From Girardia tigrina (lineage: Eukaryota), in contig MQRK01253414.1 in the NCBI GenBank assembly GCA_001938485.1, positions 1 through 60,326 on the forward strand: a stretch of DNA of 60,326 bases, in the 5' to 3' direction. Shown here piece after piece: positions 39,169-51,845 of the stretch (its first letter is position 1; each line of letters starts with the position of its first letter). The notes beneath the pieces are model-generated. The model was not told the DNA's origin. It saw only the letters and a list, made by a program, of their open reading frames with translations, and searched no databases. The position numbers were made by a program, and so were the translations under genes.

Positions 39169-40059
39169 TCAAGATGAATCACCTTGCACATTTAAGCATG
39201 GTTTATGATGTTTTATTAACAATGCTTCGGCAATAATCTTTTCAAGTAAAAATTCCCATTATGTCATAAAAGAACTAAAATTTTAATTATTAAAAATCAT
39301 ATATGAAAAGTAATTTAGTAATACTAAGGTAAATTATTAATATTTTAATTTATTTTCGCAACTAAAAGTTTCTTTAAATACTTATGTTTCGCTATGAATG
39401 GCTCATAGATTTTTATAGTGAATAATATGAAAAAAAGGAAATTGTTGAAACAGTTTAAAAAAACATTATACGTATAAATAAAATAATATTTACTATCGGA
39501 AAAGAACAATTAAATTACTAAAGTTGGGAAAGCATTTTCAAGACTTATCTTTTTCGGGTTTGTGAGGAATATTTTAATTTTTGTATGCTGCATTTTTTAT
39601 GTTGAATTTATTACTTCAAAATGGGTTGGTAAAATTCAGGTTGAAATTTGGTATTTTGGATGTTTGTGATCTCTCCGAGTACGATTCAAATTTAAAATTG
39701 CCACAAAAGTATTTAAAAGCTTAAAGTAAATTTTTTTCAAAAAAAAGAATAAAAGTTTGTAAATAAAAAAATATTAAAATAATTTTTAAATAAAATTTAT
39801 GATAAAATTGAAAAATCGATCATTTGAAGGTGTTTAAAATTAAATCATTAAAATTAATTTGATTGTGTAAAATGGAAATCTTTGTTCGAATATTTTTTTT
39901 AAAAAGATTAATTCTCAAATCTTATAAATTTAGTTCGATGTCATTTGACGATAATTTTATTTAAAGTTGATATATAAGACAATTCCAACTGTGGTAATAA
40001 TAAAAGTGCTGAAAATCATAATAGTGTTCTTTACGGATATATCAATTAGTTTGCTCGAG

Positions 40060-41415
40060 GCGCGTGTGATACTGGTGAAACTACGCATTGTATTCTTTGA
40101 GTACAATAGATGAAAAGGTGTACGTGAGGTAAAAAGAGTATTAAATTCTGAAATGGCCTCAGGAAATAGAAAAGTCAGCGGCCGTAAAAAACAGTTGATG
40201 AAAGAGCGTATTATTTGCGATATGCTCTGGTTATTTGGCGGCCAAGAAGATCTGGTCAAATACCAAGAATACGTGAATGACAGAGAAATTCTCGACACTG
40301 ATGAGGAAATCAAACACTTGATCAAAAGAACTGTCTGAAAAACTGACAAAAGTGATTGAACAAGGAAAAGAGTACCCGAGAATGCTCCAACCGTTTATCA
40401 AAAGAGTGCAATGCACGTATCCTTCTTGTTTCAAAGCTTTTGTGGAACAGAAGGAACTAAAAAGACGCATCAAAAACGTGCATGTGGTCACGACGTCGCA
40501 GCGTCAGAATGGTGAAAAACCTTTCCAATGTCCCCTAAAAATTGTTACAAAACCTATAAAATGGATGGATGGTTAAAGCGACATTTATTGATAGATCACC
40601 GAAACCAAGGCAGTACTAGTGGTACTAGTGCTTCATAAAATAACGAAGATGAAGGATGTATAAAATCTTCAAACCCATATCGATGCATGATGTGTCAGTG
40701 CTCTTCGACGGTTCCACGGAGATGGACTCAGGAGTGATTACGAGGATGATTCTCGACCTTCTGTTATGTAATACAAATGATATGAGACATTTAATTGTAT
40801 GGAATGATTATTTATAAAATTCAAGCCGGATGAATATATTGAGATTATATTTGAATATTGGTCTCAGGTATTTCTTTAAACACAGTATATATTTGAGGGA
40901 TCTGATTTATTCAGAGCATTTGGAAATTTTTTAGACCTTTGTTTACTGATAAAATCTTCTGTATACTATTCTGTATACTTTGTAGACGAAAAATCTTACG
41001 ATATTGAAAATTATAAATATTTGAGTTATAGTTACGGTATGTCTTTTCATTTATGCAATACGTTAAGTGTCCGCACTTATTATTTTATCCCCTTAAAAAT
41101 AATTTATTAAAATGCATTAATAATCATTTTAAAAATAGCAATGTGTTTACACAGCCAAAGCTATACAGAATCACGATACGAGGGATCATAACTGGTCCTT
41201 TCTGACTGGGAAACCGAAGAGTGCCCGTGCACTGAAAGCTCGCATTTTTGCATCTAAAGCCGTTCGAGAAAGTCAATTGGCTCTGTATTGTCTATTTATG
41301 GTTTCTACTCAATACAGAGTCTATGATTCCAATACCCTTTACGCCAATGCTGGTACTGTAGTCTCTACAAAACTCAGTTATCCGTTCAGTCGGGGAGGCT
41401 TATTGGTATTCTTAA
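40060..41415 (+). mobile_element. second, diverged RTE-like zinc-finger LINE 3' fragment, interrupted at 40785-41127
   Basis: VQCTYPSCFKAFVEQKELKRRIKNVH...NGEKPFQCP..CYKTYKMDGWLKRHLLIDH parallels the 9613-11150 element. After the interruption, 41139-41220 reads AIQNHDTRDHNWSFLTGKPK versus GMLNHGTSKHGWSFFTGGPK in the first copy. Confidence 0.75.
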
Positions 41416-41758
41416 TATGATTATTAATGCATTTTAATAAATTATTTTTAAGGGGATAAAATAATAAGTGCGGACACTTAACGTATTGCATAAATGAAAA
41501 GACATACCGTAACTATGACTCAAATATTTATAATTTTCAAATCGTAAGATTTTTCGTCTACAAAGTATACAGAATAGTATACAGAAGATTTTATCAGTAA
41601 ACAAAGGTCTAAAAACTTTCCAAATGCTCTGAATAAATCAGATCCCTCAAATATATACTGTGTTTAAAGAAATACCTGGGACCAATATTCAAATATAATC
41701 TCAATATATTCATCCGGCTTGAATTTTATAAATAATCATTCAATACAATTAAATGTCT
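40785..41758. repeat. long inverted repeat: ~342-bp arms (40785-41127 and 41417-41758) around a ~290-bp spacer
   Basis: Arms are reverse complements with only about five differences by eye. Confidence 0.95.
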
Positions 41759-43345
41759 TGATAAGTCAAGTTGTAACATTAATTTAAGCAAACATTTTGA
41801 ATTGAAGCTAAAATTTGAAAATATATATCAGATCTTAACTTTTAATCGTCTGACTTGTAATTAAACATTAAAAATCATTGGATTATTTATTAAATAATAT
41901 CACATTATATTTTGGGCAATTAATAATATCAAAATTTATCGATTAATCAGCGACTCATATTTAGTGGGAAAACAACTTTTCAAAATATGTAAACCAATTT
42001 TTAATTAATTTATCTCAGCAAGCAAAGAAAAATTAAGTAAATTTTCCAATATGAATTTCGTATTCAAGTTATTAAAAGTAAATTAATAATCAAACTTTAA
42101 ATATCATTTTCAGAAAATTGAAATGAATAATTATTATATTTTTAAATATTTAAAATAAAATTTATGAAATATTTAAATAAAATTGATATACTTTTAGTTT
42201 CTCAAATCTGAGACAATTAAAAATTAGATTATTCTTATTAAGAACACAAATATGGTTTTTCAATCATGTATTTTCATAACAATTATAATTGTCTTTGGTA
42301 CAATCCTCAGCCAAGCTCTCATAATTCGACATCTCGCTAAATTGATAAATCTTTATTAATGTCTCATTGATAAACAACTATTCGAACAAATTTTTATTTT
42401 AAATAATTTTCAGATTTTATTTTTATAAATTCTACTTTTATAATTTTGTTAATAATTTGATCTAAAAATTAATGTAATTTTAAAATGATTTTATTTAACG
42501 AAAAATATTTATTTATTGCACTTAAAAGTAAGTTAAAAATTATTTACTTTAATAAAATTATTTAATATTAAAATTTTAAACGATTTAATATTTTTGAAGT
42601 TTTTTTATATCTTATGTTGAAATTTGAAATGCAAACTATGCACGAATAACTATTCATCGTGAACTTCCAAAATACCAATTTTCCATATGGGTGGGGGAAA
42701 CACATTTCCAAATACTAAACTCAACATACAAAATTCAACATACAAAATTTAAAATATTCCTCACAATTCTATTAGAACTATGTAATCATCAGAAATATCA
42801 AACATATTATTAACGCTTTCGCAAGTAATGACTTCAGTGTTCATAAAATCAGAAGAAAAACAAATAATGACAAAACTGTGAAACAAATGTTTCTTCGTTC
42901 ATAATATCATTGTTCGAATGATGTAAAACACTAAGTCTTCCATGGCAAACTTATATGAAGCCTATTAAACCTCCAGTAAGCCGGTTTATTTTACAAATGA
43001 GATTCCTGCCGTTTGATACAAAAGGATTAGGTTAATCTTTGAGTTGATAAATTTTATTTTAGTGTTATGTAGTGTATAATTTATTTGAGTGAAATATCCA
43101 GTCGATATTTCTTAAAACATTAATGAAACAGAAAATTCTCCACCAGAGATATATGTTCAAAAAATCTTATGAGTCTTCACATGTATTAAACATTCTACAA
43201 ACATAAATAATTATCAGATTAACGTTTTTAAGAAGAATTAATATAATTTTACATTGGTTAATAAATTCTTATATATATTAAAACTTGAATAACATGTCAT
43301 TTTTCTAATTTTGGATATTGAATTTTGAACATTTTGAATAATATA

Positions 43346-44455
43346 TTAGGTTGGTCGAAAAATAATGGCGGTTTTTGAGCTTTATACTTTGTTTATCTAC
43401 TTTGTTATGTATATAAGTTTAAATGCATTAGTGTTAGATATTATTTGAAATCTTATGCCTANNNNNNNNNNNNNNNNNNNNNNNNNNNNNNNNNNNNNNN
43501 NNNNNNNNNNNNNNNNNNNNNNNNNNNNNNNNNNNNNNNNNNNNNNNNNNNNNNNNNNNNNNNNNNNNNNNNNNNNNNNNNNNNNNNNNNNNNNNNNNNN
43601 NNNNNNNNNNNNNNNNNNNNNNNNNNNNNNNNNNNNNNNNNNNNNNNNNNNNNNNNNNNNNNNNNNNNNNNNNNNNNNNNNNNNNNNNNNNNNNNNNNNN
43701 NNNNNNNNNNNNNNNNNNNNNNNNNNNNNNNNNNNNNNNNNNNNNNNNNNNNNNNNNNNNNNNNNNNNNNNNNNNNNNNNNNNNNNNNNNNNNNNNNNNN
43801 NNNNNNNNNNNNNNNNNNNNNNNNNNNNNNNNNNNNNNNNNNNNNNNNNNNNNNNNNNNNNNNNNNNNNNNNNNNNNNNNNNNNNNNNNNNNNNNNNNNN
43901 NNNNNNNNNNNNNNNNNNNNNNNNNNNNNNNNNNNNNNNNNNNNNNNNNNNNNNNNNNNNNNNNNNNNNNNNNNNNNNNNNNNNNNNNNNNNNNNNNNNN
44001 NNNNNNNNNNNNNNNNNNNNNNNNNNNNNNNNNNNNNNNNNNNNNNNNNNNNNNNNNNNNNNNNNNNNNNNNNNNNNNNNNNNNNNNNNNNNNNNNNNNN
44101 NNNNNNNNNNNNNNNNNNNNNNNNNNNNNNNNNNNNNNNNNNNNNNNNNNNNNNNNNNNNNNNNNNNNNNNNNNNNNNNNNNNNNNNNNNNNNNNNNNNN
44201 NNNNNNNNNNNNNNNNNNNNNCCTACGTGAAAAAATTTTCAAAAACCAAAATGATGCTCAAAATGCCTTCCAAGAATTCGTCGCTTTGAGAACCGATGCA
44301 TTTTATGCTGATGGAATAAAACAACTTGTTTCTCGTTGGCGAAAATGTATTGATGCCAACGGTTTATACTTTGATTAATAAACTTTTGTTTCTGTGAATT
44401 TGCACGTCTTTGAAGTTTGTGTCCCAAAACCGCCATTATTTATCGACTAACCTAA
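43346..44455 (+). mobile_element. mariner transposon, interior hidden by an assembly gap
   Basis: TIRs TTAGGTT(G/A)GTCGA(A/T)AAATAATGGCGGTTTT with flanking TA. C-terminus FYADGIKQLVSRWRKCIDANGLYFD*. Confidence 0.92.
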
Positions 44456-45539
44456 TAATATTGTATAACAATTAGTAAATATAAAACATTATTCGAATAT
44501 TGTGATTAATAATTGTAAAACCTCCCTTTCTTGAATTCAATAGCTAAACTACTGCTTTCATGTTAAATCAGTCTAATATGTAGTTCATCAATCTTAAATC
44601 TTTTATGATCAGTTTCTGTCATTTTTATTGACAATCCTCATAAATCATTCAACATTGTAGCCTCCAGATATAAGATTCAATCTTATGTACATAATTGCTT
44701 AGGATCCTTTTCAGATTTACTTAAATGATATTGAATGTATGCTTTTGTCTGAAAAAAGTTTTAGTATTTTAACTGACTTTATTTCATATTATATTGAAAG
44801 TAGAGATTAAATTTACCGTGTTTGAATTATTACAATATTGACTTAATTGTATTGACTCACAATAGAAACCTATGTTATATTGTTTTTCTATTTTATTTTA
44901 ACATTTATTACATACAACATTAATTATATTAGGGTTATGACTTTTTAAAATCTGTTTTTCTGGGATGTCAAATGATGAAGTTTAACCTATCTATGACGAA
45001 TATATCTTTTAATTTGATCACCGTATCAAAATGTTGGCGAGTCAAACACAAAATGAATACTCTGCAAAACATATTAAAATAATTACTCAGTAATTAATAT
45101 AATTTAAAAATCGAATTTGATCTTTTAATGGCATTTTATAATTGTTCCTTTTATTTAATTATTTTATGATTTTTTTAATAATTATTACTTTTATTTGTTT
45201 TATAATTAATTTTAAAAATATCTTATGTAACTCATTTTTAATTATTATTTTATTAAATAGGACTTCTTTTAATTATTACAATACGAAATCTTACGTTATT
45301 CTTTTGTTTTATAGTGTTTAAGTTATTTCTTCATGAAGTAGTTATGGGTGTTTACTTATATATAAAATTCTTTTAATCTTTCTATCTTTTCTCCATTTAT
45401 ATTTTTCTTCTTCATTAATGTTTTTTTAGTGTCATGGACAATTTGTTTGACATCTGCATCATATGAAAGATCTTTTTATAGATTGAAATTATTAGAAAAT
45501 TACTTAAGATTAAAATTTTTTAATATCTTTTATTGATAA

Positions 45540-45912
45540 GTTTATATCCGGATGAGAATTTTTATGAAGAAAAAAATAGATCCATTTAAATATATAATTT
45601 ATGATAATATATTTCGTCGGATCAACCGTCATCTTTAGGTCACTGATTAATAATTACCACATTTTTCGTGTATAAGACCCACTTTTTGTCAAAATTTAAT
45701 GAACATTTAACGTGAATTTTCAAAAATTAGTAAATATTTTAAATATTTCTCATACACAAAAGATTTCAATCTATTTTCTTGAATGAAGTAGAGTACTTTT
45801 TTGAACTTTTTTTCAAACATGTACACACAAAAATAAGGGGGGATCTTATACACGGAAAAATACGGTAATTCACCTGTATATAAATACAAAAATGATGATT
45901 GTGTAATCGACT
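45540..45912 (-). mobile_element. short Penelope-like pLTR fragment with a nested MITE
   Basis: Matches 24195-24360. Continuity TAAT[TA]ATTCACCTG is restored when 45657-45865 is removed. Confidence 0.75.
45657..45865. mobile_element. Tc1/pogo-like MITE
   Basis: TIR CCGTATTTTTCCGTGTATAAGA (left copy degenerate) with TA duplication. Confidence 0.75.
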
Positions 45913-46464
45913 TCCATCAAAACAATTTAATTTTCTTTTCAATCATTGAAAGTTAGCGTTGTTTGTTGTAGGGACACAGTATTTTTGGGTTTGAACAAGC
46001 TACAATTAAGTTAAATAGTAATACAAATTCAATTGGATCTAATTTAATTTGACTTATATTTAACTTAAATTTAATTTCTTAATTTCTAAATTCAAATTTC
46101 ATAATACCTTGTACCAGAGTTACTCAGTTATTGTATTGTATTTTTGTATATTTACTTTGAGATTTTATTTTTTTTATTGCATGCGTTATTATTTTTTTGT
46201 GTACTTTTATATTTTTATTTTTTTTGTTTGTGTCTAGGAGATGTCATAATAAGGCTCCAGATTATCAAAGAGCATCCAAAGAGTATATCAAAGTCAGAGT
46301 GTCCAAAAATACTAAATTAAAAATTGAATTATAAAATTAAAAAAAATCAATATATAAATTAATAACCATTAATTACTTGGCTACGACAATTTTAATTTCT
46401 GCTCGGACAACGTTAGGCATTTGATTGTTTGTTTTGCAATTATACACTGATTTCAGAGATTTAG

Positions 46465-46545
46465 TGACAATTGGTATCGAATTCAAACTGAGTGACAAAT
46501 TGATTTCATAATTAAACTGAGTGACAATTGAAACTGAGTTACGAT
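46465..46545. repeat. short imperfect tandem repeats (AAACTGAGTGACAATTG, 3-4 copies)
   Basis: Motif seen at ~46465, 46485, 46514 and 46531. Confidence 0.7.
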
Positions 46546-46849
46546 TAACATCATCATCATTTTTGTTGTTTATTACATACCAGTGTCTCAGAACTTTTTT
46601 TGACGTGTGATAAAATCGGTCTAACGTACGGTATAATTTTTATTTTTTGAAGAGTTGATTGTTATTATTCTGAAGTTAATTTTTTCATTAACATTAAAGT
46701 TTACGGAATTGTTTTTGAATATCTTTTGAATATTTTTTTAAAACTAAACAACTAAATTCATCAAAGGAACTTCTTCTTTTGATTAATTTAGTTATTAAAT
46801 TTTGGTACATTTTTTATATACACTCGGTCTACGCCAACATTTGCTAACA

Positions 46850-47240
46850 TTGAACCTATTGGGGAGGCTGTCCGTTATCTCTGTAATAAAATTAAAGAAC
46901 ATGGTCGAAAAGCGAGTAAGAGCAATATTGTAGAACATAAGAAAAATGTGCAGGTGATGTTATCGATAATTTCAAATTTCTATGTAAGCAATTTGATAGT
47001 TATTGGGAGTGTCGCGTGAAACATTGTTAATTAGGTCCCGTTGCTTTAAAATCAATGTTCAATCGGATGTCACAACCGGCTCATTGAGAATTTTTGATTA
47101 GCGTGATTTCATGCAATTTCAACATAGTCATCATTTTTGTATTTATATACAGGTGAATTAATTATTTATCAGAGACCTAAAGATAACAGTTGATCCGTCA
47201 AAATATATTTTCATAAAATATATTTTTAAATGAATGAATA
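46850..47240 (+). mobile_element. decayed Penelope-like fragment (GIY-YIG end plus pLTR, degenerate hammerhead)
   Basis: TYxGEAVRYLCNKIKEHGRKASKSNIVEHKK, collinear with the 24191-25005 element. Confidence 0.8.
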
Positions 47241-47614
47241 TCTTTATATCTTTTCATTTAAAATTTTTAAAAAAATAACTTTGTTAAAGCTTTTTAAGAG
47301 ATTGATTATTATACATGTTTTAAAAATTCTTTTTTCATAATCAGCAACTATATTTGTTAGTTATAATGTTACTTTTTTATAAAGTTATTTTCAAATGGAA
47401 AATTTATTTATTTATCTTAATTTAAGATATTATTGGATAATGTGGTGTGATTCAAAGACTTTCTATAAATCAGAAAACTCATTCTTTGAAATAGAAGAGA
47501 TTCTTTTTGAAAATCTAACAAATGATCAAGAACCTTACTCGATCAACTGGATTGTGAACGCTCATTAATCCGGATTTTAAAATGACAATTGGTCTCTCAT
47601 ATCACTTTCAATGG

Positions 47615-47680
47615 TATTGAGCCTCAAGGCTTATTAGGGGGTCCACCCAAACTTAAGAACATCTGGCAACTCCCGGGATT
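47615..47680 (-). mobile_element. 3'-end-only fragment related to the zinc-finger LINE
   Basis: Minus strand GGGAGTTGCCAGATGTTCTTAAGTTTGGGTGGACCCCCTAATAAGCCT aligns with 11081-11128 GGGGGCTGCTAGTGCTTTTTAGTTGGGGTGGACCCTCTAAAGAGCCT. Confidence 0.6.
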
Positions 47681-50600
47681 TGTTATTAAACCCTTTGATT
47701 TAAAATATTAAGTTACTTAAGATGATTTAAAATGTTAAATGATAATATTTTTAAATTGCTTTAACAAATATCTACTATAAAATATAAAATTAAAGTTCAA
47801 AAGACTATATATATTACCTAAAAATAAATATTAAATCCTATAATAAAAATCTTGATTTATTCCTTTCTTTTTTTCTGATAATAAAGCTTTCAAAATTATA
47901 AAATAGCATATTTTTATCAAACAATACAAAATTAATATAAAATTTTTTGTTCATTCTAATATTTTATTCATTTAAATTTACTGTTTTTTTATCATCTATT
48001 AGATATTAATGTTTCATGGACATCTTGAATTGTTTTACAATTTGAAGAACAATTCAATTATTTTAAATTTATCAAAAAAACAAAAGAATAAGCTATGTTT
48101 ATTAAAAAAATAAAATTTAAAATCTACATTACAGCATTACTTATTCGTACTGATGAGGCATTCTAAAATTATCGAAAGAAGTATTTACTGTTATATATGT
48201 ATATAAAATTTATATTATTTGATTTTAAAACAATATTATACGCTGAAATGTTTAAATGACACTTTTAGATAATTAAGAACACCCATTTTACTTTTCATAT
48301 TTTTATTATTACAACACATTTCATTGTCCTCAGGACAATCTTGTCAAAGCTTTCGTAAGATTGAATCCGTCTAATTAATTAAAAACATAACTGTTAAAAC
48401 CCAAATATTACGATACAACCAACGTGAAACAAACAGATTTTAATAAAAAAATAAAATAATAAACGATACATATAATTAAAACGATAAAAAAACGTACAGA
48501 TTAAAAAAAGAATGTCCGGAGTATTTAAATAAATACGCTTTCCTTTTTTATGGTATTTGACTTGCAATTGAGTGGATTCTACGTATTTTGTTTTGTTGGA
48601 TATTTTTGTTATTGTCTATATTGTTGACATAATTCCTAGATCATATTATTTTTTTTAAATCGATTTTTTAAATGATCGTTAATTTTTTTTGAAATATTTT
48701 TATTAATATTTATCAAACGGCTGCCAAAAAATGCTTTTCAACAGGAAGGAGGGGGAAATTGCGATTGCTTCATATGTTCATTTTTTCTTTTATTTCAAAT
48801 GTTTCTCTTTTTGCCTTTCTTTTGGACTTGATTTTCTCTTTTCCGAACCACTGTCTTTCTCTCGATAAAATAAAATTAAATAAAACAACAATCACAGATC
48901 ACAAAACACAGTCAAATGGAAAACACACACAACTACAAACAAATAGTAAAAAAACAAACACAAGACACAACTGTCTTTTAAAATCTAATGAACACTACAA
49001 TAACATATTTTGAGATAATAAGAATTAAAATATTAATCAACCATCTGGGTAGGAGAGACACAATTCCAAATCAACATACAATACTCAAAATATTCCTCAC
49101 GTAGTTAAATTACAGGCGTTAAAACAAGTACATTTTCCCTTTACATTAATTCTTTTAATAATAAATATTTTTTTTATTTAAAGTAATAAACATTAATAAA
49201 TTTCACAAAAGCACCACATCGAGGTATTCCACTTTTTACTGTGTTAAAAAACAATTTCTATATGATTTAAAGTGCAGAAACAGAGCTTCAAAGACCACTT
49301 TATTCAAATCAGCGATAAACACAAAATAGGTTGAAATTTGAATAATTTAATTAAGTAATCTTTGAATCTTTATAACAGAGCACACATATCCACAGAAAAC
49401 GGTTCGTCTCGAAGATTAACTGATTCACACTATCAATTTTTAACTTATTGGAAAAATAGTTTTGCTTTTTAACATCAATATAGGTCTTAAAATCTTTCTG
49501 CAATTTAATGACATATAAGAAAAGAGAATAGACAAAAATGAAGTCGAGAATATACAAAAATTTAGAATAGTTGTTTTAAAGTTTTAAACTACAATACTAT
49601 AAAATTTAAATTTTTAATAAAATACATTAAAAAATTTGCAAATTATTTTCAGAAACAAAATTAAAGAAAAGAAGAATAAGTGTTTAAACTAACTAAAAAA
49701 GTAGCATGACCTTTATGGAAAGTACTGATAAATAACTTAAATTCATTTACATAATTTATATATTTAGTCGGAATATTACAATATTTTTGAAGTGTATTAT
49801 AAAAGATTTCCGTTTATCTTGATAAAGATACAAGTAAGACTAATATAAAAGTGAAAGTAAAACGTTGTACAAAAATTATAAATAGAAAACAAAACATAAA
49901 ACTTTTTATGCATGCAAAATAAATTTAATTTATTTTCTTAAGAATAAACTTCCATTGTTACGTAAATTAAATTTTAAATCTAAAATTGTTTATTTTTTCA
50001 CAATATATTTTTATAAAAATCTTTTATATCTTGTAAGTCAAATTTATTAATACAATAAATACTGCTGACACAAATGAATAAAAATTTAATACAATTTAAG
50101 TTTACTTGATTAATTTGTTAAAATAAAATTTAATAAAAATATAAATTTATTGTTTAAAATTTTTTGACTTAAATAGTTTTAAGAATTTTGTAATTAATTT
50201 TAAAAATTTGAATAAAAGAATAAAGTGAAACTCGTCTGATCTGATCTTTTATACTTTCAATAAACTTTTGAGTGTTTTAATGCAATCGATTCTAAAAGAT
50301 TTCCTTTAGACATTTGCTAAACATTGAAAATTTTTGAGATACTTAAAACACTATTTTTTTAGCTTTTATTTTACATAAATAATGAATAATCACATAAATT
50401 TCAAAAGTTAAGATTTTTTAACTTAACAAAATGATATTGATCTCAAGAAGTTCTTATAATGATGAGAAATTAAGGAAAAAATACTCAATTGATTATCGGT
50501 TCATCTTCTATGTTCTGTAAAATATTTCTTAGAATTATCTGTTATAATAACACATGCAAAAGTGTTAACATCTGTGTTAAATATGTAAACTTAACATGAA

Positions 50601-51764
50601 GATACCAAACCACAACAGTCGAATATTTAAACTTATAGACATCTTTACTTTGAATATTGACCATAATATTAAGGATAGATACTTAGAGGTTGTCAACTTG
50701 AACTAATTATAGTTTGAAACATAAAATTTAAAGTCAGTCTTCATAAACAACTTGAAGGTTTAATATTGATAAAAATAAATACAAGTAATTTACATGAAAA
50801 AATATTATTTTAGTTGTTTTCTTACTATTCCAGTTTCTATTTATATTTAGATTATTTATAATTTATATTATTACTTATTTTAAAATTCCAAGCAAGATAC
50901 CAAATATAAAATGGTTAACTTGAATATTAATAAGTAGGTTATATTTACAAATATTTTATTTTATTTCTTATTATGTTCTAGGTCATTATTATTATAAAGA
51001 AAACGTAAATATTTAGACAAAGTTTTTATTACGTTTGTATAAGACAATAAGTGTTTTATTAATGTCTAATTTGAAGATTGAAAATAAATTAATCCGTCAT
51101 AAAAATTACGTTAACTTCAAGACCAAAATACAAGTATTATTTATGACTTAATTTACCAGTTTAATCTTTCAAGAAATGAGTTACAAATACTTTAATATTT
51201 AAACTCCATATGGATTTAAGTATTTCACTCACAATTGAAGTCAACATTCTGCCCTAAATAGTAAAATTACTATTAATCAAAATGTATTATTAGACAAGTA
51301 TTATAGTTTGGTTATGTAGATTTAATATCCAGGTGAGTAAAAATTGAAATCTACAGAATTGTAATACAAGAGTTAAGCTCAGATATAGTTGTTGATGAGA
51401 CTTATATGAATGTTCAAACATAAATCGTCTGACGCCATTGATATCAAGCTAAAATCGCGAATTAATAAATATTCTACATTTATATCAAAAAAGTCCAGAA
51501 AAATTTTCCCTAAAGTAAATTATAATTTCTAATTTATTATCATCATCAATATTATTATTTTTATTATTATTATAACTATTGTTATTATTAATAATATTAT
51601 TATAATAATTTAATTATTTGTATTCAAAATTTTCAGTTATTTTACATTTAGATTATTATATATATTTTTAAATTCCAAATAGGATACAAAAAATAAATTT
51701 GTTAACTTGAATACTAAAAAATAATTAACATTTAAAAATATATTATTTTATTTATTTTTTTTAA

Positions 51765-51845
51765 CACGTTGACGGACAGTAGATACATTAATACATATAT
51801 TTTACATTTTAATGACGGCTATAGACGCAACTGTCCGTCAACGTG
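51765..51845. mobile_element. 81-bp piggyBac-like MITE (second copy)
   Basis: Same 16-bp TIR and TTAA flanks as 32452-32533. Confidence 0.85.

Noticed and set aside
38059-39208. ORFs rich in IYIYIY
   Set aside because: Translations of (TA)n microsatellites and gaps.
48148-48190. CTGATGAG...CGAAA hammerhead-like motif
   Set aside because: Stem II and stem III do not pair convincingly and there is no Penelope context.
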